Shown: positions 54,878 through 64,000, counted from the stretch's first letter. The stretch is DNA of 64,000 nucleotides from an uncultured Acidobacteriota bacterium (GCA_963757355.1 CAVWRG010000003.1:261120-325119); one strand, 5' to 3'. The notes: a model not told the origin generated them from the sequence alone. Numbers and translations: made by a program.

Positions 54878-57079
54878 TTAGCGCCGGACGTAGAGCTGCA
54901 GGCGCGGGAACGCAAACGTCCCGGCCGCATCGTCGATCACGTTGATCTGGCAGGTGTACAGGCCCGGCGGGAGCGACGCCGCCGGGACGTCGAACTGAAA
55001 CACGGCCGACTTGCGATCAGCCGCCGAGAGCGATGTCGCCTCGACCACAGGCGTTTCGAACGCGCGGACGCGGCCGCGGAAAAAAGCGATGCTCGTCATC
55101 ACCTTGATGGGCTCAGCCGGATTGGCGCCCGCCGCGTGCGCCGGATCGTACAGCTCGTAGTAGAAATACAGATGCTGCGCGCCTGAGACCACGTGCGTGA
55201 CGTTCGGCACGAGCTCGCGGCCATCGCGCGCCAGCGGGTTGCGATCGTTCTTCTTGACGCCCGCCTGCAGCTGCGTGCCGACCACGATCGAGCTGAGCTT
55301 GACGCTCTCGCTTTTCACATCCGGTTTCAAGTCGGGTACGACCAGATCGGTCTCGTACGAGCCGAGCGTCCCGTTCTGATTTTCGCGAACGACGACTTTC
55401 ACATGGTAGCGTCCGGCCGGCATCTCGAGGCCGGTCTGGTACTGGATCGTCTTGCGTTTGAGCTCGTCGGCCTGATCGGCGGCGAGCTTCACCGTGTCGC
55501 GAACACGTCCGATCGGCCGGTGGTGGTCGTCGCTGACGAGACCGAGCACGTCGATTGACGCGTGATTCTTGTCGGAGGTCCGCGTAATCGGCACCTGATA
55601 GCCGGGGACCACCACGGAGAGCGGCACGTAATACCGATTGTCCGCCAGCCGGAAATACGCCGCGGAAACGTACGCGCTCAGATCCGTCGCGGACAGATCG
55701 GACAACAACTGATCCTGCAGCTGCTGCTCGCGGTCGTCTTTCGTCGAGTGCGCGAAATCGCGCGGCGCGTAGTAGCCGGATCGGTACTCCAGCTTCACGT
55801 CCGTCCGCGCCACCCGCACGTTGATCCGCCGGAAGCGCCCATCCCGAGCCGGATTCGTGCTGCTGAAGCCGAGCACGTAGTAGGCGGAGGTGTCGGCGAC
55901 GACGCGGTCGAAGACCTGACCGAACGAATTGGAATCGAAGAAGGCCTTCCCGCCGGTGTCCTCGGCCATCGTCGACAACGTGTCCTGCGACCCCGCGAGG
56001 CTGTCGACCTGCGAGCGGGTCGACGCGCCGGAGAACGCCGACGTGCCGCGAGTGCTCGCCTGCGTGGCATCGCCGCCGGGCACGAGCGCCACCAGCCCGC
56101 GCATGTCCGCGGCATAGATGGAGACGTTTGCGCGCGTGGCGCGATCCACGGTGCGGCGGAGCTCCACCTGATTGTCCTGGCCGCTCTGGCTCATGCCGCT
56201 GCTGAAATAGATGACCGACTTTTTCTGCTCGATCCCCGCAAGCGCATCGGACAAGGTTTGCAGCGCGTCGAGCCGGCGATCGGTGTTGAAGATATTGAAT
56301 TCCGTGTCGTCTGGCGTGAACGCGGTGCCGTTGTCCGGTGTCCCTTCCGAATCGCCGGTCGTGCCCTCCTCGAAGCCCTGGGCATTGGCGCCGCCGTACG
56401 AATCGATCGCCGCGTCGAGCAGCGCGCGATCCGCCGTGAAGTCCTGCGCGACCTGCAGCGACGTCGAAAACGACGTGACGGCGATCACGTCCGACGGCGA
56501 CAGCTTCTGATCGACGTAGTCGTGCGCCGCTTTCACCGCTCGCTGCAGCTCCTCGGGCTGCATGGAGCTGAGGTCGAAGAAGAGCACGATCAGACGACGG
56601 CCGTGCATATCGACGATCGGTGGAGCCGGCACGGCTGCGTTAGGCGTCGCTGCCGCCGGCTTCTTGGGCAAGACCACCCGCGGCTCATCGGCAGGCGCCG
56701 GCACGTCCGTGCGATCGAGCTCCTCGAAGTCGAAGCTGGTGATCGTCTGCGGCTTGCCGTCTTCGGTGATGGAGAAGTCGCGCTGCGTCAATCCGCGGAC
56801 GACCGCCCCGCTCTTGTCGCGCACGACGACGTTCACGGTGACGAGCTCGGTGCCGGAGTGAAACACCGGCGCCTGGGACGCCGCGGGGGCCTGCGCGCGC
56901 GGCACGCTGACACACAGAATCGCCAGCAACGCCACGAGCGATCGCCGAACCCGAGAGCGTCTCGAGGATCTCCGCACCCAGCGAGCATCTGGACCACGGA
57001 GCACCGATCGGTTCCTGATCAGATTTGTGCTCCGTTTCCTCAGTGGTGGAGAGCGCTTGACGAGCTCGGTCGATTGCAT
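54878..57079 (-). CDS. VWA-domain protein of the acidobacterial VWFA-related type
   Basis: N-terminal module TELVTVNVVVRDKSGAVVRGLTQRDFSITEDGKPQTI, VWA region LIVLFFDLSSM, long C-terminal beta-rich region; 733 aa. Confidence 0.85.
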   Translation of the reverse strand: MQSTELVKRSPPLRKRSTNLIRNRSVLRGPDARWVRRSSRRSRVRRSLVALLAILCVSVPRAQAPAASQAPVFHSGTELVTVNVVVRDKSGAVVRGLTQRDFSITEDGKPQTITSFDFEELDRTDVPAPADEPRVVLPKKPAAATPNAAVPAPPIVDMHGRRLIVLFFDLSSMQPEELQRAVKAAHDYVDQKLSPSDVIAVTSFSTSLQVAQDFTADRALLDAAIDSYGGANAQGFEEGTTGDSEGTPDNGTAFTPDDTEFNIFNTDRRLDALQTLSDALAGIEQKKSVIYFSSGMSQSGQDNQVELRRTVDRATRANVSIYAADMRGLVALVPGGDATQASTRGTSAFSGASTRSQVDSLAGSQDTLSTMAEDTGGKAFFDSNSFGQVFDRVVADTSAYYVLGFSSTNPARDGRFRRINVRVARTDVKLEYRSGYYAPRDFAHSTKDDREQQLQDQLLSDLSATDLSAYVSAAYFRLADNRYYVPLSVVVPGYQVPITRTSDKNHASIDVLGLVSDDHHRPIGRVRDTVKLAADQADELKRKTIQYQTGLEMPAGRYHVKVVVRENQNGTLGSYETDLVVPDLKPDVKSESVKLSSIVVGTQLQAGVKKNDRNPLARDGRELVPNVTHVVSGAQHLYFYYELYDPAHAAGANPAEPIKVMTSIAFFRGRVRAFETPVVEATSLSAADRKSAVFQFDVPAASLPPGLYTCQINVIDDAAGTFAFPRLQLYVRR

Positions 57080-57081
57080 GA

Positions 57082-60000
57082 TCAGAATCGAAGCCGCGTC
57101 AGAATCTGCACGCGGCGCATCGGGCGCGCCGCGGTGACCTGGCCGAACGTCGGCGAATTGAAGACCGTATCGATCGACGCGTATTGGACGGTGTTCAGGA
57201 TGTTGTTCGCCAATATTTGCACCGACAGATTGCGCGTCGGTCCCAGGCTGATATTTCGCGTCAACCCGGCGTTCAGCATGGACGTCCCCGGTCCGATGAT
57301 CGTATTGCGCCCCGCCGACCCGAAAGTACCAGCCAGCGGAAGGGAGAATGCGGCGGTGTTGAAAAACTTGAGCACCGTGGGGTCGCTCAGGGTAATCGGC
57401 TGGCCGTTGTAATTCGCCCGCAGCGTCCCGTCAGTGCCGCGGCTGACGTCGCTGACGCTCGCCAGGATGGTCGCGGTGAACGGCGTCCCCGACGCGAGCT
57501 GCACGCCGCCGTTGATCTGCCAATCGCCGAGCAGCTCCGCCGCCATGCCGCTCGTGAACCAGCGCTTCTTCGCGCCGAACGGCAGCTCGTACGTGAAATT
57601 GCCCGTGAACTGATGGCGCTGATCGAAGCTCGAGAGCCCGCGCTCAGCGGCCAGATCCTGATCGTTCTGCGCCACGACACTGCCGGATCCGCCAATCGAG
57701 GAGGCATCGTCGGTCGATTTCGACAGCGTGTAAGACGCGCTTCCGCCGATCCCATTGGTCAGACGCCGCCTGAACCGCAGGGTGAGCGCGTTCATGATCG
57801 AGTCGGCTCCAGACGACTCCCAGATGTACGGCGGCAGGTTTGGATCCAGCAGACCCGTGGGCGTGCGGTTGGGCGCGCGTAGAAGGTCGAGGTCCGAGCC
57901 CTTCGTGCCCGTGTAGCCGGCGCCGACAGTGTAAATCCTCGCGATGTCGTGCTGCACGTCGAAATTCCAGATCTGGACGTAGCCGAGGCGGTAGTTCGGA
58001 TCGACACCGTACGTATTCGTCGTCGCGCTCGACGGAGGTGTCGTGAGCACCGACTCGAGCGGCGCAGCGGTGACGCGGTTCGACAAGACCGTCGTCGTGA
58101 CGTCAAACGGCGGCTGGTTCGCGAGCTGCTGCGCGATCGATTGATACACGCTCGCGCTGTAGTTGATGCCGTACCCGGTTCGCACCGTCGTCGTCGGCGT
58201 CGCCTTCCACGCCAGGCCGACGCGCGGCGCAAAGGCGCCGCGATCGGGCCGCACGATCGAATCGGGCAGCGCGCCCGAAAACGGACTGGTGCCTCCGGCG
58301 ACAACCGGTACCGCCGCGGTGAACGTCGACGGCGCGTCGAGTGTCGCCAGGCGATTGTCCGCTTCGGAAACCGGCGAATAGTACTCCCAGCGAAGGCCGG
58401 CGTTGATCGTCAGCGATGCGCGCGCGCGCCAGTCGTCCTGGATGAACAGGTCGCCGGTGTGTTGACGGAATTGATCGGTTTGTCCGGATTGAAAAGTCGA
58501 CTGCTGCGGCAGCCCCAGCAGGAAGTCGCCGAGAGGCTGGCCGGTATACAGCCCGGTGAACACGAACGAGCCTCGGGCGGTCGGATCCGACCGGCTGTTG
58601 GCGCGAATGTCGCGAAAGTCGCCCCCGAATCGGACCGTATGCGCGCCGTGTGACTTCACAATCGAATCGCCGATCGAAGCCGTTTGATCCGTGCGCATCG
58701 AAGGGCTGATGTCGCGGAGGCTTTGAAAGCCGCCGATCGTTAAGCTCGGCGCACCCCAGTCGAATGGATCGGTCGCGATGCCCTGGATTCCGGCGTCCCC
58801 CGCGATGTTCTGGTTGAACGCGAAGAGATTCTGCGTCTCCGCGCGGTTGCGATTGAAGTCGGCGTGGATCGAATGGAACAGACCCGCCTTCGTGAAGCTG
58901 TAGCCGACCGGAATGTCCCACGCGCTGATCGTGCTCTCGCCCCCGAGTGTGGCGAATGGGTTCTGGCTGGTCGTCGCCGAGTGGCGGTAGTGGATGCCGA
59001 TGTTCAGGTTCGATACGCCGGCGCGCCCGCCACCGCCGCGGCCGCCGCCGCGCGCGCCGCCGAGGCCCCGCTGCCCGCGCTGCGGGACGGCGCCGAAGGT
59101 GTGCACGAGGCGCACATTCACGTCGTCGATATTGCTCGTCGTCGTCGAGATCGTGTGAAGGTTCTTGAGACCCGCCTGATTCGCCTGTGGAAACAGATTC
59201 AGCAGCGCCTTCGCCGCCGGATCGATTTGCGAGGAGGGAATGATCGGGCCGCCAAGCGCCGTCAGGTCGCCGTTCCGCTCGGCGTCGGTCGGCACAGTGG
59301 AATATGTGTCGTACGGGTTACGCGAGTGGTTGCCCGTGTAGTTCAGGAAGAAGAACGTGCGCGCGCTGTCGAACACTTTGGGAATCCCGATCGGTCCGCC
59401 CAACGTTGCACCGAAGCGCTGCTGGAAGTACTGCTGCTTGGCTGTCGGCTGACCGTTCAGCGAGACGGGTCCTGTGTCGAGCGCCGACGTGTCGAAGCTC
59501 TGATACGCCGACCCGCGGATCTGATTCGCGCCGCGGCCGCGGCCGCCGAACGGGCCGGGTCCGATGCCCGCGAGCCCGCGCCCGCCGCCAAATCCACCGG
59601 GACCACCAGGGGCGCCTGGACCGCCGGGACCGAATTCTCCGGCTTGTCCGCCGGGGACATCGGTGCCGGGCCCACCGAACCGCTCGCCGAATCCTCCGGG
59701 GCCGAAAAACTGATCGCCCGAGGCGACCGTGCCGATCGACGTCACCGACTCGCTGGAGGCGTCAGGAGAAAAACCGGGAGGCAGCAACGATTGCAAGGCT
59801 GTGTCGCCGCCGGTATCCTCGGAGCGCACGAGGGCGGAATCGTCGGCCATCAGCGCGAGGCTTTGAAACTGCTGCGGCGTTTGCCGTGCCCCGCCGCGTC
59901 CCTGCCCTCGTCCTCCTCCAGCGCGCACGGCCGTGCCGGGCGCCGCCGCCGCGCCGCCGGGCGAAGGCGCGGTGGGCGCGGCTGGCGACGCAGGCGACGT

Positions 60001-60462
60001 TGGCGTTGGCGCCGCCGCGGGCGCGCGCGACGCGAGCGTCATGGTGAGATCGATCCGCTGTTCACAGCTCGCCTGATCGATGGTCACCTCGCGCACGACC
60101 GGCGCAAACGCGGTCAGCGCCGCCTTCAATCGATATTGCCCGGGTCCGGGACTCTTCAGCGCATAGGCGCCGTCTACAGACGACGAGGTGAGATCGACCG
60201 GTTGATTGTCATCGGTCGTCAGCGACACGGCGACGCCCGGCAGCGGCACGCGGCCAGCGGTGATGGTGCCGGCCACCGCGCACCCTTGCGCCGCCTGCGC
60301 CTGCACGCCGGCGTGCAGCGACAGTGAAGCAGAGAGGACACCCCAGCCGGCAAAAATCGCGAAGCGCCGCAGATGAAATCGAAGCGCGCGTGGCACGTAC
60401 TCTGGAGAATACCCGACGGTCCTCCGCGCGAGGTTTGACAAAATCGTGACACGACTTAGCAC
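57082..60462 (-). CDS. outer-membrane TonB-dependent-receptor-like protein with CarboxypepD_reg N-terminal domain
   Basis: The N-terminus carries VAGTITAGRVPLPGVAVSL...DGAYAL...PGQYRL. Gly/Pro/Arg-rich linkers follow, then a beta-barrel region of about 800 aa ending in ...RRVQILTRLRF (terminal aromatic). Confidence 0.85.
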   Translation of the reverse strand: MLSRVTILSNLARRTVGYSPEYVPRALRFHLRRFAIFAGWGVLSASLSLHAGVQAQAAQGCAVAGTITAGRVPLPGVAVSLTTDDNQPVDLTSSSVDGAYALKSPGPGQYRLKAALTAFAPVVREVTIDQASCEQRIDLTMTLASRAPAAAPTPTSPASPAAPTAPSPGGAAAAPGTAVRAGGGRGQGRGGARQTPQQFQSLALMADDSALVRSEDTGGDTALQSLLPPGFSPDASSESVTSIGTVASGDQFFGPGGFGERFGGPGTDVPGGQAGEFGPGGPGAPGGPGGFGGGRGLAGIGPGPFGGRGRGANQIRGSAYQSFDTSALDTGPVSLNGQPTAKQQYFQQRFGATLGGPIGIPKVFDSARTFFFLNYTGNHSRNPYDTYSTVPTDAERNGDLTALGGPIIPSSQIDPAAKALLNLFPQANQAGLKNLHTISTTTSNIDDVNVRLVHTFGAVPQRGQRGLGGARGGGRGGGGRAGVSNLNIGIHYRHSATTSQNPFATLGGESTISAWDIPVGYSFTKAGLFHSIHADFNRNRAETQNLFAFNQNIAGDAGIQGIATDPFDWGAPSLTIGGFQSLRDISPSMRTDQTASIGDSIVKSHGAHTVRFGGDFRDIRANSRSDPTARGSFVFTGLYTGQPLGDFLLGLPQQSTFQSGQTDQFRQHTGDLFIQDDWRARASLTINAGLRWEYYSPVSEADNRLATLDAPSTFTAAVPVVAGGTSPFSGALPDSIVRPDRGAFAPRVGLAWKATPTTTVRTGYGINYSASVYQSIAQQLANQPPFDVTTTVLSNRVTAAPLESVLTTPPSSATTNTYGVDPNYRLGYVQIWNFDVQHDIARIYTVGAGYTGTKGSDLDLLRAPNRTPTGLLDPNLPPYIWESSGADSIMNALTLRFRRRLTNGIGGSASYTLSKSTDDASSIGGSGSVVAQNDQDLAAERGLSSFDQRHQFTGNFTYELPFGAKKRWFTSGMAAELLGDWQINGGVQLASGTPFTATILASVSDVSRGTDGTLRANYNGQPITLSDPTVLKFFNTAAFSLPLAGTFGSAGRNTIIGPGTSMLNAGLTRNISLGPTRNLSVQILANNILNTVQYASIDTVFNSPTFGQVTAARPMRRVQILTRLRF

Positions 60463-60464
60463 TC

Positions 60465-60556
60465 GTAGCGCAGGTCTTTAGACCTGCCGTTAGTCGTAGC
60501 GCGGGTCTTTAGACCCGCCGTTAGTTGTGGCGCAGGTCTTTAGACCTGCTTTGGTC
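60465..60556. repeat. three tandem REP units downstream of the RAYT gene
   Basis: gtagcgcaggtctttagacctgccgttagtc, gtagcgcgggtctttagacccgccgttagtt, gtggcgcaggtctttagacctgctttggtc. The third unit contains the RAYT stop codon. Confidence 0.88.
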
Positions 60557-61055
60557 GCGCGTTTTTTGAGCTATCGTCCCATGCAGACAACAGCCCCCGC
60601 AGGTCATACATATCCGAACCAGCGAGAGGATATTCTCCAAGCTGCCCGGCCAGACCGCCGCGCACCGGGTTCTCGAGCGTATACCGCACGACCGCCTCGG
60701 TCGATTCATCGTCCCGCAGAATGCGATCGAAATATCCGCGTTGCCAGAGATGCCGGCCATGCCGCTGGCGATACTCGAAACCAGTCACCTTCTTGAAATC
60801 GACGACAAACGCCCGAAGGTCGGAGGTCTCCGACGTCCCGTAGACCAACAGGTGCACGTGGTCCGGCATGAAACAGTACGCAACCAGCGCCATGTCGTGC
60901 GCTGCGGCGCGGCGACGTAGTTGCGTCAGGCAACCATCGGCCACGTCCTGATTCGCGAACGCGCGCTGACGATGTGAGGTGCAAAAGGTTAGGAAATACC
61001 GTTGGTACCCGACATAGGAGACGCCAGGCAACCGCGTCGGTCGGTTGGAGATCAT
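60540..61055 (-). CDS. REP-associated tyrosine transposase (RAYT; IS200/IS605-like Y1/HUH family)
   Basis: YFLTFCT, HUH motif PDHVHLLV, and the catalytic Tyr context VVRYTLENPVRGGL. 171 aa, with lower GC than the flanks. Confidence 0.85.
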   Translation of the reverse strand: MISNRPTRLPGVSYVGYQRYFLTFCTSHRQRAFANQDVADGCLTQLRRRAAAHDMALVAYCFMPDHVHLLVYGTSETSDLRAFVVDFKKVTGFEYRQRHGRHLWQRGYFDRILRDDESTEAVVRYTLENPVRGGLAGQLGEYPLAGSDMYDLRGLLSAWDDSSKNARPKQV

Positions 61056-61085
61056 GCTGGCATCGAAGCAAAGCGCGATCCGAAA

Positions 61086-61241
61086 GCAGGACTAAAGTCC
61101 TGCGCCACGACAGATCGTGTGCAACGGAAGTAGGACTAAAGTCCTGCGCCACGACAGATCGTGTGCAAGCCGAGACCAGTTGTAGCGCGGGTCTTCAGAC
61201 CCGCCGTCGCTGTAGTGCGGCTCTTTTGACTCGCCGTCGCG
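61086..61241. repeat. four REP units upstream of the RAYT gene
   Basis: Two copies of gcaggactaaagtcctgcgccacgacagatcgtgtgcaa (the second begins gtaggac), in orientation opposite to the left cluster. These are followed by gtagcgcgggtcttcagacccgccgtcgct and the degenerate gtagtgcggctcttttgactcgccgtcgcg. Confidence 0.85.
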
Positions 61242-61244
61242 ACT

Positions 61245-61631
61245 TTACTTCGAGGGCTCGAAGCCGAGCGACGTGCCGTTCATGCAGTAGCGCTGACCCG
61301 TCGGGGGCGGGCCATCCGGAAAAACGTGGCCGAGATGGCCGCCACACTGTGCGCAATGAACTTCGACGCGCCGCATGCCGTAGCTGGTATCGGTGGTCGT
61401 CGCAATCGCGCCGTCAATCGGCTGAAAGAAACTCGGCCAGCCGGTGCCGCTCTCGAACTTCGTGTCCGACGTGAACAGCGGCGTGCCACAACCAGCGCAG
61501 CGAAAGATGCCGGACCGCTTTTCCTGATTGAGCGGGCTGCTCCCGGCTCGCTCCGTCCCGTGCTCGCGCAGTACGTGAAACTGCTCAGGCGTGAGCGAGC
61601 GCTTCCAATCGTCGGCGCTTTTCTCGATCAT
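61245..61631 (-). CDS. msrB: peptide-methionine (R)-S-oxide reductase
   Basis: ATG 61631 gives MIEKSADDWKRSLTPEQFHVLREHGTE. Also CAGCGTPLF, GWPSF, CAQCGGHLGHVF and RYCMN. Confidence 0.93.
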   Translation of the reverse strand: MIEKSADDWKRSLTPEQFHVLREHGTERAGSSPLNQEKRSGIFRCAGCGTPLFTSDTKFESGTGWPSFFQPIDGAIATTTDTSYGMRRVEVHCAQCGGHLGHVFPDGPPPTGQRYCMNGTSLGFEPSK

Positions 61632-61710
61632 GCGTCGAGTGTACACCGCGATGACGAATCTGCCGTCGATCTGGCGTCGTGGCGTTAGCATAGGCCGCAC
61701 CGAGGTATTG

Positions 61711-63288
61711 ATGAGACATCCCATCGCTCGACGGCTGTCGATGCTCGCGCTTGCCGCCATCCTCACCGCCGCGAGACTGCTCGCGCAGAAACAGGCGGCG
61801 CCTCCCGATCTCGACGCGTGGGTCGCCCGCGCCATGCGGACGTTCGAGGTGCCAGGCATCGGACTCGCGATCGTGAAAGACGGAGCGATCGTTGCCGCCA
61901 GCGGCTACGGCGTGCGCAAGCTCGGCGAGCCGGCGCCCGTCGACGCGCGCACGCTGTTCGGCATCGCGTCCAACACGAAGATCTTCACCGCCACGGCGCT
62001 GGGTCTGCTCGTGGACGAAGGCAAGGTGGAGTGGGACGCGCCGGTGATCCGCTATCTCCCCGCGTTCGCGATGTGGGATCCGTACGTCACGCGCGAGCTG
62101 ACGGTGCGCGATCTGCTCGTCCACCGCAGCGGTCTGGGGCTCGGCGCGGGCGACTTGCTCTGGTGGCCGCCGTCCACGTACGACCGCGAGGAGATCGCGC
62201 GCCGGCTGCGCTTCATTCCGCCGGCTACCAGCTTCCGATCCGCGTACGCGTATGACAACGTGCTGTATCTCATCGCCGGACGCGTCATCGAAGCGGTCAG
62301 CGGACAGCCCTGGGAGGACTTCGTGTCGAGCCGCATCCTGGCGAAGGTCGGCATGCGCGACACGAACGTGCGGCATTCAGCCGCGGCCGCCGGCGGCAAC
62401 GTCGCGACGACGCATGCGCGCGTCGAGGGCATGGTGCGGCTGATTGCGCCGTTCGTGAGCGACAGCGTCAATCCGGCCGGCGGCATCAACTCGTCAGCCG
62501 GGGACATGGCGAAATGGCTGCTCGTGCAGATTTCCGGCGGCACACTCGCGGACGGATCGCGGCTGTTCTCGCCTGCGACCGCGCGTCAGCTGACACGACT
62601 CGTCACGCCAATCCCCTTCGGCGATCCGCCACAGGAGCTCGCGCCGCTGAAAGCGAACTTCAACGGGTACGCGCTTGGCCTCGGCGTCCGCGATTATCGC
62701 GGACATAAGATGCTGACGCACACGGGCGGCCTGCCCGGCTATGTGTCGCGCGTCGCGATGATGCCCGATATCAACCTTGGCGTCGTCGTGCTCACGAATC
62801 AGGAATCGACCAGCGCCTTCGACGCCATCGTGTGGCATATCATCGACCACTACCTCGGCGCGCCGGCATGCGATTGGATCGCCGGCTACAAGACGGTTGA
62901 GGATCGGTCGCGCGCACAGAATGAGGCCGCCGAGTCGCACGCGAAGGCGGCGCGTGACGCCGGGTCCAGGCCGTCGCTGCCGCTGGCGCAGTACGCCGGC
63001 ACGTACCGCGATGCGTGGTACGGCGACATCGCGATTGCCCTGGAGAACGGCACGCTCGTCATGCGCTTCTCGCACACCCCGGCGCTCGCGGGTCCGCTCG
63101 AGCACTGGCAGCACGACACGTTCATCGCCCGCTGGCGCGACCGCGAGCTGCGCGCCGACGCCTACGTGACATTCGCGCTCAACCCGGACGGTACGGTCGA
63201 TCAGGTGAAGATGCGGCCCGTGTCGCCCGACACCGATTTCAGCTACGACTTCCAGGATCTGCTGCTGAAGCCAGCCCATGCGCGCTGA
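61711..63288 (+). CDS. secreted serine hydrolase of the beta-lactamase (class C/PBP-like) family with C-terminal beta-domain
   Basis: ATG 61711 gives a signal peptide (RRLSMLALAAILTAARLLAQ). S-x-x-K motif IASNTK, YAYDN (Y-x-N), THTGG, and a C-terminal DUF3471-like lipocalin region. Confidence 0.88.
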   Translation: MRHPIARRLSMLALAAILTAARLLAQKQAAPPDLDAWVARAMRTFEVPGIGLAIVKDGAIVAASGYGVRKLGEPAPVDARTLFGIASNTKIFTATALGLLVDEGKVEWDAPVIRYLPAFAMWDPYVTRELTVRDLLVHRSGLGLGAGDLLWWPPSTYDREEIARRLRFIPPATSFRSAYAYDNVLYLIAGRVIEAVSGQPWEDFVSSRILAKVGMRDTNVRHSAAAAGGNVATTHARVEGMVRLIAPFVSDSVNPAGGINSSAGDMAKWLLVQISGGTLADGSRLFSPATARQLTRLVTPIPFGDPPQELAPLKANFNGYALGLGVRDYRGHKMLTHTGGLPGYVSRVAMMPDINLGVVVLTNQESTSAFDAIVWHIIDHYLGAPACDWIAGYKTVEDRSRAQNEAAESHAKAARDAGSRPSLPLAQYAGTYRDAWYGDIAIALENGTLVMRFSHTPALAGPLEHWQHDTFIARWRDRELRADAYVTFALNPDGTVDQVKMRPVSPDTDFSYDFQDLLLKPAHAR

Positions 63289-63574
63289 CCGGCTCACTCC
63301 GTCCGATCGAGCGCAGCGGGCAGGCGCCGACGCACGCGTCGGCCGCTCGTCCTTCATCGAGCGGCATCACGGCGTCGAGCTCGTCGGACACAGCGGCGAT
63401 CAGAACGGCTTCATCTCGCATCTGTACATTCATCGTCCGTCGCGCTCCGGCTACATCGTGTCGTTCAACACGGACGTCACATCCGGGCGGGACGCGCACC
63501 GCACCACGCGCGCGGTCGACAACGACCTGCGCGACGCGATCATTCGAGAGATCTGGTCAGGGGGCACACGATGA
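63278..63574 (+). pseudogene. probable C-terminal remnant of a second beta-lactamase-family hydrolase
   Basis: VELVGHSGDQNGFISHLYIHRPSRSGYIVSFNTDV resembles the K/H-T/S-G box region and end of this family. There is no N-terminal catalytic half. Confidence 0.45.
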
Positions 63575-63990
63575 TGTTGGAAACGCTGCGTCAGATCTGT
63601 CGCGCGTTGCCTGGGGCGACAGAAGACATCAAGTGGGGCGCGGACCTGGCGTTCTGCGTGGGGCGCAAGATGTTCTGCGTCGTGAACACGGAGCCGCCGC
63701 ACCAGATGTCGTTCAAGTGCACGCCTGAGGATTTCGGCGAGCTCGTCGAGCGGCCTGGGCTGATACCCGCGCCGTATCTGGCTCGCGCCGGATGGGTGCA
63801 GGAAGAACAGCTCGGCGAGACGCTCGATCGCCGCGAGCTCGAGCGTCTCATCCGGTCGTCGTACGATCTGGTGGTCGCAACGCTGCCTAGGCGTTTGAAA
63901 CCCGGCGGCGCTAGCTCGCCAGCTGCAGCTCGGCCCGCTTCCCGACGATCTCGCACCGCCCGCGCAGCTGCGCGCCATCGTCGACGCTGA
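63571..63990 (+). CDS. MmcQ/YjbR-family protein
   Basis: LRQICRALPGATEDIKWGADLAFCVGRKMFCV...FKC.PEDF. The last 25 or so codons have poor GC3 and overlap a convergent ORF, so the true 3' end is uncertain. Confidence 0.75.
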   Translation: MMLETLRQICRALPGATEDIKWGADLAFCVGRKMFCVVNTEPPHQMSFKCTPEDFGELVERPGLIPAPYLARAGWVQEEQLGETLDRRELERLIRSSYDLVVATLPRRLKPGGASSPAAARPASRRSRTARAAARHRRR

Positions 63991-64000
63991 CCGTCGGAGC
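63911..64000 (-). CDS. 3' end of an unidentified CDS entering from the right edge
   Basis: The frame is open from 64000 to TAG at 63911-63913 (...SVDDGAQLRGRCEIVGKRAELQLAS) with high GC3. It is too short to identify. Confidence 0.3.
   Translation of the reverse strand, partial: APTVSVDDGAQLRGRCEIVGKRAELQLAS

Larger units (their letters stand above)
60465..61241 (-). mobile_element. REPtron: RAYT transposase gene bracketed by REP hairpin clusters
   Basis: Three REP units lie on the left (60465-60556). Four lie on the right (61086-61241): two inverted and two direct relative to the left set. All share the GCGC(A/G)GG(A/T)CTTTAG(A/T)CC(C/T)GC core. Confidence 0.8.

Noticed and set aside
55562-57412. 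616-aa plus-strand ORF
   Set aside because: It is antisense to the VWA and outer-membrane protein genes.

Overview
High-GC bacterial chromosomal segment. The gene content looks acidobacterial: an ADOP-type duplicated MacB-like permease, and an acidobacterial-type VWA protein next to a CarboxypepD_reg/TonB-dependent-like outer-membrane protein. Most genes are minus-strand housekeeping: queC, queE, nth, pdxJ, glmM-cdaR-cdaA, folP, ftsH, tilS, one tRNA(CAT), queA, fabH, ruvB-ruvA-ruvC, yebC, hrpB, msrA and msrB. Stand-outs: (1) A compact bacterial-microcompartment operon (about 6.6-9.3 kb) has one BMC-H, three BMC-P, a class II aldolase with a C-terminal encapsulation-peptide-like helix, and a tiny Cys-rich protein with a matching N-terminal helix. 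No aldehyde-dehydrogenase core is in the window. (2) An ArsC/Spx/YffB-family gene is missing from the ORF track because an in-frame TGA sits at the first Cys of its CxxC motif, making it a selenoprotein candidate. (3) A REP-associated tyrosine transposase is flanked by REP hairpins (a REPtron), with a separate 6-unit REP array elsewhere. (4) A striking set of intergenic, and in one case intragenic, hairpins have arms built from tandem 7-8 nt words. (5) Three genes are decayed or recoded: DUF72 with an in-frame TAA, an MBL-fold paralog with a 1-nt frameshift, and a serine-hydrolase fragment. (6) A visibly lower-GC gene encodes an unknown secreted two-domain protein. Many long ORFs in the supplied track are antisense or out-of-frame artefacts of the high GC content. 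All family assignments come from motif recognition by eye; no searches were run.
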